Shown in pieces: positions 8,999-15,323 of a stretch of 24,696 bases of DNA. Position 1 is the first letter of the stretch, and every line of letters begins with the position of its first letter. Under the pieces are notes generated by a model that was given only the letters and a program-made list of their open reading frames with translations, did no database searches and was not told the DNA's origin. The position numbers and the translations under genes were made by a program. This DNA comes from a virus (taxonomy: Duplodnaviria > Caudoviricetes): positions 1-24,696 of the IMG/VR virus record IMGVR_UViG_3300020352_000036. One strand, given 5' to 3'.

Positions 8999-9153
8999 TT
9001 ATCTCCTATTTTTTTGTATATGTTTATACTTGTATAAATTATAGTTAATATTAATACTGCGGTCTGCAACATTGGGTTTATCCCTACCGCTTCTGTGCTA
9101 GCAACTAGTGCCGTTGAATTCAATCCGTATACTTTTAAATCTGTTAATGTCAT
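8995..9153 (-). CDS. Small membrane protein (holin/antiholin-like), missed by the ORF track
   Basis: 52 aa MTLTDLKVYGLNSTALVASTEAVGINPMLQTAVLILTIIYTSINIYKKIGDK. ATGA overlaps with both neighbours. One clear TM segment and a basic C-tail. Confidence 0.75.
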   Translation of the reverse strand: MTLTDLKVYGLNSTALVASTEAVGINPMLQTAVLILTIIYTSINIYKKIGDK

Positions 9154-9563
9154 TTATGCTTGTTATTTCCGAATACTTTTTCAACACCTCTCGATCCAAA
9201 ATAGCCCCCGATGACTATTGTTAATAATCCCGTTATATCATCTAATGGATAACCCATATACCAACCAGCAACATATGCTATTACTAAAAATATTAATGTT
9301 AGCGGCCTTACATTAGCGGCAAGCCAGTTTCCTGATCTTGCATCTGCTACCCATCTCCTTGTTGTTCCATCAATTTCCGCCCTTTCAATATCTAACTTTT
9401 TAAGAGCAATCTTTTTATCTTCTGGCGACATCTCACTTCCACCGATTATAGCTTGTATTACAGAGCCAACAGGTGTGTCACCTGCTATAGCGCCTACAAC
9501 GCTGGGAATCTTTTGTAGTAAGAACTTACCAACGTTTGTGTCTTTAAACTTCTTTTTGCTCAT
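9150..9563 (-). CDS. Putative holin (3TM-holin-like)
   Basis: 137 aa with RRWVAD...WLAANVRPLTLIFL, two hydrophobic segments and YFGSRGVEK. Located in the lysis cassette. Confidence 0.7.
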   Translation of the reverse strand: MSKKKFKDTNVGKFLLQKIPSVVGAIAGDTPVGSVIQAIIGGSEMSPEDKKIALKKLDIERAEIDGTTRRWVADARSGNWLAANVRPLTLIFLVIAYVAGWYMGYPLDDITGLLTIVIGGYFGSRGVEKVFGNNKHK

Positions 9564-10461
9564 CTTTTTTATCTCTTATAATGTACCATCCTTTGCAGCT
9601 CTCTCTGTATAAGTTGGCGTATTCAAAATACTTATCTAGTTTCTTTTTCCAATCTTTTTCTAAATCAATATTCACTATACCAGACTTATAACTTGAAAAA
9701 ATTCTATTGATCGCTTCGTCTCCTTCGGATTGACATCTAAACAGTATAGAATTTATACTATAAAAAGAAGAAGTCTGTACTTCATTATGTACATCTATAG
9801 GTTCAATCGTTTTTCCTAAAGCTAGCGCATATACAGCACTTTCGCTCATGTGAGTTGTATATACCTTATTAGCGGCTTTCATGTATAAGTACATATCAGC
9901 GTTTCTTGGTAAAATGCAATCTTCTCCAAAAAGATCTTTTAGTTCACCAATAGTAGCGTGCATAGTTATAGGGTGTGGCTTAAAGTTAACACCCTCGCCA
10001 TATTTTTTCTTTATAGCTTTCAGCTTGTTTAAGCACACGTTCTTTTTTATTTTATTCGTGCCAGGTAATACAACTAATATTTTTTTAGTAGGAAACTCTT
10101 TTGTTGAGTCCGATCTTTTTTGGTATTTATTAGCTATATTATTGTCTACATTATTTCTAAACATTTGAGCATAATCAAATATTTCACTTGTTGTATCGTA
10201 GTATGCATCTTTAATAGAATCATCTCTAAGCGATAAAGTTAGTGGTTGTAATAAAAAATTAGTAGCATACTCGGTGTAGCCCATAGTTTTAAAGTATGGT
10301 ACTTCATTAGCAATTACGTCGTATGCGTATTCCCAATTGTATTTATTTTTTATTTTGTCTAATGCGTATTCTTCTACCTCTATTAATTTACGTAAATTTT
10401 TAGCTTTTAAAAGATCAGGTCCTATTCTTTCTAATAGAGAATCTGGATGAAACATCTCCAT
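9544..10461 (-). CDS. GT-B fold glycosyltransferase-like protein (KpsS/KpsC / sialyltransferase-like HP motif)
   Basis: 305 aa. ILVVLPG, VNFKPHP and VYTTHMSESAVYALALGK match the K-x-H-P and T-x-x-S-x-x-x-x-A-L-x-x-G-K motifs of CMP/CDP-donor GT-B transferases. Confidence 0.6.
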   Translation of the reverse strand: MEMFHPDSLLERIGPDLLKAKNLRKLIEVEEYALDKIKNKYNWEYAYDVIANEVPYFKTMGYTEYATNFLLQPLTLSLRDDSIKDAYYDTTSEIFDYAQMFRNNVDNNIANKYQKRSDSTKEFPTKKILVVLPGTNKIKKNVCLNKLKAIKKKYGEGVNFKPHPITMHATIGELKDLFGEDCILPRNADMYLYMKAANKVYTTHMSESAVYALALGKTIEPIDVHNEVQTSSFYSINSILFRCQSEGDEAINRIFSSYKSGIVNIDLEKDWKKKLDKYFEYANLYRESCKGWYIIRDKKDEQKEV

Positions 10462-10463
10462 AT

Positions 10464-11513
10464 TTAATTTGATTTAATTTTATTATTTCTTTTTCTTGCT
10501 TGATCAACAACTTCGCAAAATTTATTAACCATATCAAAAAATTGCATTGCCAAAGGTGTTTGATCTTTTCTTTTTATAAAAAACCTAAAAAGCTCACCCT
10601 CCATATATTTCCAAGTAGCCTCATCTGCGTTTTGCAGTGCTAAGTTTTCGGGGTGGCAACATATATTACCAATCATATAAGGACCATGCAATCCCTTTAA
10701 AACAATATTTTTAAGAATTTCTTCATACAATTCTACTAAATGCATAACAGATTCATTCGTCCCTGTTGTTTCTATGCATATCTTTATATTATCAATATGT
10801 TTTATTTTATTTATAACACCATTTATAGTCTTATAAATTCTTTCTTGTTTAGCTCCTAGTCTTGCTTTCTCATTAAAAGCTTTAGGACCATCAATAGAAA
10901 ATATTAAAAGTACCTCGCATTTTAATTTTTTATCAATTATTTTGTTTAACATTCTGTCTGGGAAAACAGAACCATTACTAGTTATTAAGAATCTTTCTAC
11001 CACATTGTTATCTAAGCCTTCGATTATATCATTAATCTTAGCGTCTAAAACTGGGTTACCCCCAGAAATAGCTATATTTTTAGTTTCCCATAAGTAAGGA
11101 GTTAAGTCAAATTCGTTATCTATTATACCGACTTTACCATCTCCCCATACTTTATCCCAGGTATGTGATATAGTTGCAGAGCACATTTCACAAGCTAGGT
11201 CACATCTATTAGATCTCGCTAAATACAGATGTTGAAAATTTAGCGGTATTATTTTGCCTTCATTAGGTATACGACTGGTGCCTTGTACAGGCTTAGCGTT
11301 TAAATAACAACTTTCACAATCTGTAGGCACAGTGTCATTCATCCATTGCTCTCTTATGTTCTGCATGTATTCACTGTTCCAAAATTCTATATTTGGAAAT
11401 GATTTAGCTGAAGGCGATGAACACATTTTAAAACCATCCGGGGTTATTGCTGGAGATAAGAAAGGAGCGGCGCAATACGGGGCAGGTCTACTGCGATCTA
11501 TTTTGCATGCCAT
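10464..11513 (-). CDS. Radical SAM protein with N-terminal Twitch/SPASM domain
   Basis: CDLACEMC (CxxxCxxC), ISGGNP, ITSNGS, FSIDG. N-terminal CAAPF..PDG..C..WNSEYMQNIR..CESC is a Twitch-like auxiliary-cluster pattern. Confidence 0.9.
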   Translation of the reverse strand: MACKIDRSRPAPYCAAPFLSPAITPDGFKMCSSPSAKSFPNIEFWNSEYMQNIREQWMNDTVPTDCESCYLNAKPVQGTSRIPNEGKIIPLNFQHLYLARSNRCDLACEMCSATISHTWDKVWGDGKVGIIDNEFDLTPYLWETKNIAISGGNPVLDAKINDIIEGLDNNVVERFLITSNGSVFPDRMLNKIIDKKLKCEVLLIFSIDGPKAFNEKARLGAKQERIYKTINGVINKIKHIDNIKICIETTGTNESVMHLVELYEEILKNIVLKGLHGPYMIGNICCHPENLALQNADEATWKYMEGELFRFFIKRKDQTPLAMQFFDMVNKFCEVVDQARKRNNKIKSN

Positions 11514-11531
11514 ATATTTGATTTAATTTGA

Positions 11532-11960
11532 TTAAAAACCTTCAAAACCAGTTTGACGATATAATGTTGTATTCGTTGATATAGTGGTAGATGGGTACTG
11601 AGTAGCTTGTTGGTAATTCCAACTAGTTGCTGTAACATGTGACGTCTGATTACTCACGTCGGTGTACAGCGAAGTATCTTTTGTTGTGTTTGCTGACCAA
11701 GTAGTATTCCATACTGAGGAAGTTGTAGACGAAGTTGTAAATGACGTGCTCTGTGAATATGAAGTGCTTTTTACTGTATTCCAAGCTGTACTAATATTAT
11801 ATGAATAACTAGTGTTTCTAGAAGCTGAATAACTTGTGCTTCTACTTCCCGAAAAACCCGTTGATCTTGATGTAGCCTGTGTTGTTGTTTTATTAGTAGA
11901 TCTAGTTGTTAATTGACTATAAGATGTAGACCTACCTGTAGTATAATAAGTATTTGGCAT
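11532..11960 (-). CDS. Ser/Thr-rich repeat protein
   Basis: 142 aa, roughly half S+T, with regularly spaced Y/F/W and R. Tandem octamers SRSTGFSG SRSTSYSA SRNTSYSY. No Cys, no signal peptide. Confidence 0.8.
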   Translation of the reverse strand: MPNTYYTTGRSTSYSQLTTRSTNKTTTQATSRSTGFSGSRSTSYSASRNTSYSYNISTAWNTVKSTSYSQSTSFTTSSTTSSVWNTTWSANTTKDTSLYTDVSNQTSHVTATSWNYQQATQYPSTTISTNTTLYRQTGFEGF

Positions 11961-11961
11961 A

Positions 11962-12942
11962 TTACAAGTTATTTATAGGAACTGAATTGTGTGTTAAAAT
12001 ACCGTTAGAATAGAAAACATCAGCGGGTTCTGTATCAATTTTCCACACATTAAATTCCTCGGTTAATTCATCAATAGAAGTTATCTCAACTTCATTACCA
12101 TCCACATCCATAAAGTGATCGCCTATTAAGCATATATACAGCGGTCTGATTCTCCATGCAACCAATGCATCCTTGTCTTCTTGCTTAACGAGCATAAAGT
12201 GATCTTTGGTTGCTTTAAAAAGCCCGTTATTTATACTTATAACATTACTAGAAGTACCTTGATATATTTCTGTTATTGTCGCTTGTTGAGGTTCGCCCGC
12301 AATAGCAGTATTAGAAAATTCGTGCATCAAGTTTTCGTCATCAGTATTGAAGTTACCACTTTTACTGTATACCTGATCCCCTACTTGTAATGCTTCTATT
12401 GGTACTGTATCGGTTTCGTTTATATGAACAAGAGATCCTTCTACTACGCAATAAAAACCACCGCCAAAACCACCACCTCCGGCGTTACCTCCATCGGTAT
12501 ACCTACTAGTTTGATAATTTGTTGCTCTACTGCCTGATTCTGAGTAGGCTGTAATTGCTGAATATGTCCAAGATGTTGTGTATCCTGTATTTCTACTACC
12601 TGAGAAAGCTGTAGTTCTACTAGCTGAGTAACTTGTACTTCTACTCCCGGTTCTAGATTCTATCCGTGACGTCGATGCGGTGGTACTATTACTATATGTG
12701 GTGTTTCTTGAAGCAGACCACGTGGTACTCATTGTGGTTGATGTACTACGACTATATTGTGTTGAGACAGTAACAGACCACGTAGTATACGGTGTTGGCG
12801 TTACCGTATTATAAGAAGTAACGGTGGAAGAGCTAGTACTTTTAGTTGTACTTACTACAGGGCTCGTTGTATACGTTACCGGAGATGTATATGGTACTTT
12901 CCATCGCAGTTTTCTTACTAGTTGTTGTATTTGTCCATACAT
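11962..12942 (-). CDS. Ser/Thr-rich repeat protein with C-terminal Hint (intein-like) domain
   Basis: Start placed at ATG 12942 (MYGQIQQLV), 1 nt after the upstream stop. S/T repeats, Gly linker, then Hint: CVVEGSLV...ATKDH...VFYSNGILTHN-S. Confidence 0.87.
   Translation of the reverse strand: MYGQIQQLVRKLRWKVPYTSPVTYTTSPVVSTTKSTSSSTVTSYNTVTPTPYTTWSVTVSTQYSRSTSTTMSTTWSASRNTTYSNSTTASTSRIESRTGSRSTSYSASRTTAFSGSRNTGYTTSWTYSAITAYSESGSRATNYQTSRYTDGGNAGGGGFGGGFYCVVEGSLVHINETDTVPIEALQVGDQVYSKSGNFNTDDENLMHEFSNTAIAGEPQQATITEIYQGTSSNVISINNGLFKATKDHFMLVKQEDKDALVAWRIRPLYICLIGDHFMDVDGNEVEITSIDELTEEFNVWKIDTEPADVFYSNGILTHNSVPINNL
11986..12450 (-). other. Hint / bacterial intein-like domain (155 aa, no homing endonuclease)
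   Basis: Cys1 at 12448-12450, block B TxxH (TKDH), terminal His-Asn ending at 11986, followed by Ser+1. Confidence 0.85.
12490..12890 (-). repeat. Coding Ser/Thr repeat tract, consensus S-R-[SNT]-T-[SGTA]-[YFW]-S-[AG]
   Basis: SASRNTTYS, GSRSTSYSA, SRTTAFSG, SRNTGYTT, SRATNYQT. GSRSTSYSASR at 12616-12648 is identical in protein to 11817-11849 of the next gene. Confidence 0.8.
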
Positions 12943-12943
12943 A

Positions 12944-13303
12944 TTATGTCTGTATTTGTGATATGGTATACCAAAATTCTGTATTGTCAACAGCAGTTAC
13001 TTGTATAAGATTTTTAGTGCCTGCAGTATCAACATAATCACCTCCAAGGTGATTAAAAGTGCCTGCACTTCCTTCTATGTTAAGCGTTAGTGTGTTGTTT
13101 TGCCCTTCACCTGTTACTACAATCAGTTTTGTTATTCCTGTAATAACGTTTTGCATATTAAGAGTAATATTCTCTGTTGCTGTAAAGTTGAATATTTGGC
13201 TTGTATACCAATCTATATTTACAGTACCCGATGATTGCGTCAACGAGACTGCTGCTGTAAATTCGTTACCAAGCTGCCCACCTCTGTATTTAGTTTGCGC
13301 CAT
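12944..13303 (-). CDS. Small beta-rich virion/fibre adaptor protein, paralog of 13306..13653
   Basis: 119 aa. Aligns by eye with its neighbour: EF..A.SL, TV.(L/I)D(F/W)...Q(V/I)F, LGG.Y.D....KN.IQ(I/V), EF(F/W)YTIS. Confidence 0.7.
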   Translation of the reverse strand: MAQTKYRGGQLGNEFTAAVSLTQSSGTVNIDWYTSQIFNFTATENITLNMQNVITGITKLIVVTGEGQNNTLTLNIEGSAGTFNHLGGDYVDTAGTKNLIQVTAVDNTEFWYTISQIQT

Positions 13304-13305
13304 AA

Positions 13306-13653
13306 TTAACTAGGTTTTGATATAGTGTAGAAAAATTCGCCATTGCCAGCGTCATTAGTACATACTATTTGTATAAAGTTCTTAACATTAGAGGCATCGT
13401 CGTATGCGCCGCCTAATAAAATAGCTTCCGTTGGAAAAGTTAATGTTTTGGATGCGCCCGTGCCGTTTATTCTTAATATCTTTACCATTCCAATAGAAAA
13501 ATCACTAAAGGTAAAAGTAGTATTTTGATTCGGTACTAAAGTAAATACCTGCGCAGAATTAAAATCTAAATCTACAGTGGCCCCTGGCGTTAAAGAATGG
13601 GCTGTCTGGAACTCATCCGATATTACACTTGAGGTTATTCTTGTTCTTGACAT
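13306..13653 (-). CDS. Small beta-rich virion/fibre adaptor protein, paralog of 12944..13303
   Basis: 115 aa with the same motifs as its neighbour. Located among fibre genes. Confidence 0.7.
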   Translation of the reverse strand: MSRTRITSSVISDEFQTAHSLTPGATVDLDFNSAQVFTLVPNQNTTFTFSDFSIGMVKILRINGTGASKTLTFPTEAILLGGAYDDASNVKNFIQIVCTNDAGNGEFFYTISKPS

Positions 13654-13656
13654 ATT

Positions 13657-14433
13657 TTAAAATTTAAACCAAACTTTCATTTGAACTTTGCTATTTGTAC
13701 TTGAATAATTTATTTGACCCCAATGAAAAGTTTTATCTGAATCGCCATTAAGATGATAAACATACCCGTTTTTTATTCCATATGTAGCTTTATTTGCATC
13801 GTTCCAACTCGAATCAGGATTAGGAGAAGAGGTGCTGTTCATATAAAGGTCATATACAGCAGACCCTGGATTTGGGAAAGCGCATGTACCAGGATAATAC
13901 GATCCGCAATTTCCTGATTGATTTCCTTTCCAATCACTCCTTAAAGTTGTAGGTGCACTATAAACATAAAATCTATTAGATTTATAGTAGCCTGTATGGC
14001 CTGGAAAATATATATCGCTAAAAGCTATTTTATTTGCTCTAACATAATTTCCACCACCAATACCGCATGCACCATGCGAACCGCTATGATTACCTTGGCT
14101 TGAGTAAGCTCCAGTTGGAGAATTACCAGCTCTAATCGATATTAAGCCAGCAGAAGTAATCCCAGTATCTGCTAAAACGCATTCACTACCTTCGTATTGA
14201 CCGCCTACATTACTATCCCATCTTGCCCACCCAGCTGTACCTGTTCCATTTTCTGTTCCGTCAATGTCAAAATACATTTGTTTAGTGCGTGTTCCGTCAT
14301 TAAACCAACGAAGCCCATTTGATCCACCGTCATTTGCAACTTGATCATAAGATATATATGCCGATGCTGCTGATTGACCGTTATAAGGTTCTGGGACAAG
14401 CTTGCTGTTAACAAGCTGTGAAGCACCTATCAT
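13657..14433 (-). CDS. Putative receptor-binding/lectin-like protein with degenerate fibrinogen-like N-terminal motif
   Basis: 258 aa. GQSAASAYISY..NGLRWF..QMYFDIDG..AGW resembles the fibrinogen-like G.YW..YCDM..GGGW pattern. Ends in MKVWFKF. Confidence 0.5.
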   Translation of the reverse strand: MIGASQLVNSKLVPEPYNGQSAASAYISYDQVANDGGSNGLRWFNDGTRTKQMYFDIDGTENGTGTAGWARWDSNVGGQYEGSECVLADTGITSAGLISIRAGNSPTGAYSSQGNHSGSHGACGIGGGNYVRANKIAFSDIYFPGHTGYYKSNRFYVYSAPTTLRSDWKGNQSGNCGSYYPGTCAFPNPGSAVYDLYMNSTSSPNPDSSWNDANKATYGIKNGYVYHLNGDSDKTFHWGQINYSSTNSKVQMKVWFKF

Positions 14434-14747
14434 GACCAGGGAAAATTAGAATTAATTGAGTCTTGTGGCAACTCAATTAATTTTTTATCTAATTGCTTTG
14501 GTATCATTAATAATACAGGATCGTTAGTAGCCCAATCTATAATATTTTGTTCTGTTAAATCTGTATACTCTATAAACTCTATTGATGGTCCACCAATAAT
14601 TTCACCAAATATAATTTCTATTTGATCGTTTACCTGATTTGTTCCATCTGAAGCAACAACATTTATTACAGCGCTTTTTACTACACTTGGATAAACCTCA
14701 TCTGTCTTTTTTAAAGACGCAACGCTATATGTGTATGTATTTGCCAT
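14430..14747 (-). CDS. Conserved acidic hypothetical protein associated with fibre genes
   Basis: 105 aa, MANTYTYSV...FIEYTDLTEQNIIDW...FPW. Coupled to both neighbours. Confidence 0.7.
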   Translation of the reverse strand: MANTYTYSVASLKKTDEVYPSVVKSAVINVVASDGTNQVNDQIEIIFGEIIGGPSIEFIEYTDLTEQNIIDWATNDPVLLMIPKQLDKKLIELPQDSINSNFPWS

Positions 14748-15322
14748 TATTTTGTTGCTATTATAGTTACGACAGGTTTAGAATAATCATAAGAGCCGCC
14801 TCCGTCAATATGATATACTCTATTTAAATACCATTCATAAGATGAACTATATTCTCTGCACATCCACTTCATTGTTCTTGGGCTGTCCCATGTTCCTATC
14901 TTCCCATTTGCTATATCTTCTGTGTCTTCACCAACAGTATACGTACATTTTAATATGTGCCAATTGTCATAATGATTAGTATTATAAAAACTAGCTCTGC
15001 TTTCAGTATATTTAGTAGCGGTACCAGAAGAATTATCAATATATGCATAAAAATGTCCAATATTATTAGCATCCTTGTATAATGTTTTGAATTCAACTTG
15101 GAAATGCACATATTTTGTGTCATCAGGCGGTTGATATTCAATTACACTTCCTGTTAAATCTACATAAGAGGTAGATATATCTGTGTAATTCGTTACGTTT
15201 TGGACGGTAACATCTCCTTTAGTCGTAGTGATGACTCTTCCGTCAGCCATATATTCTATATACTCTAAAATATTACTTCCGCCGCCACCGCCACCTGAAA
15301 AGTGATCTGATAAATTTCCCAT
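14747..15322 (-). CDS. Putative fibre tip / receptor-binding protein
   Basis: 191 aa. Short N-terminal MGNLSDHF plus Gly6 linker, then an aromatic-rich beta domain. Directly follows the large fibre gene. Confidence 0.55.
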   Translation of the reverse strand: MGNLSDHFSGGGGGGSNILEYIEYMADGRVITTTKGDVTVQNVTNYTDISTSYVDLTGSVIEYQPPDDTKYVHFQVEFKTLYKDANNIGHFYAYIDNSSGTATKYTESRASFYNTNHYDNWHILKCTYTVGEDTEDIANGKIGTWDSPRTMKWMCREYSSSYEWYLNRVYHIDGGGSYDYSKPVVTIIATK

Positions 15323-15323
15323 A

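Noticed and set aside
11986-12450. Mobile intein with homing endonuclease
   Set aside because: Only 155 aa, no LAGLIDADG/HNH motif, and located at the C-terminus of a low-complexity protein rather than in a conserved enzyme site.
11532-12890. Ice-nucleation protein, lanthipeptide precursor, or CRISPR/DNA tandem repeat
   Set aside because: The octamer differs from the AGYGSTxT ice-nucleation consensus. The repeats have no Cys and no LanB/LanM is present. The DNA copies are degenerate at synonymous sites with no repeat-spacer structure.
12943-12990. Track starts at 12990, 8685 and 23094
   Set aside because: Each overlaps the upstream gene. Downstream ATGs at 12942, 8631 and 23070 fit the tight coupling pattern.
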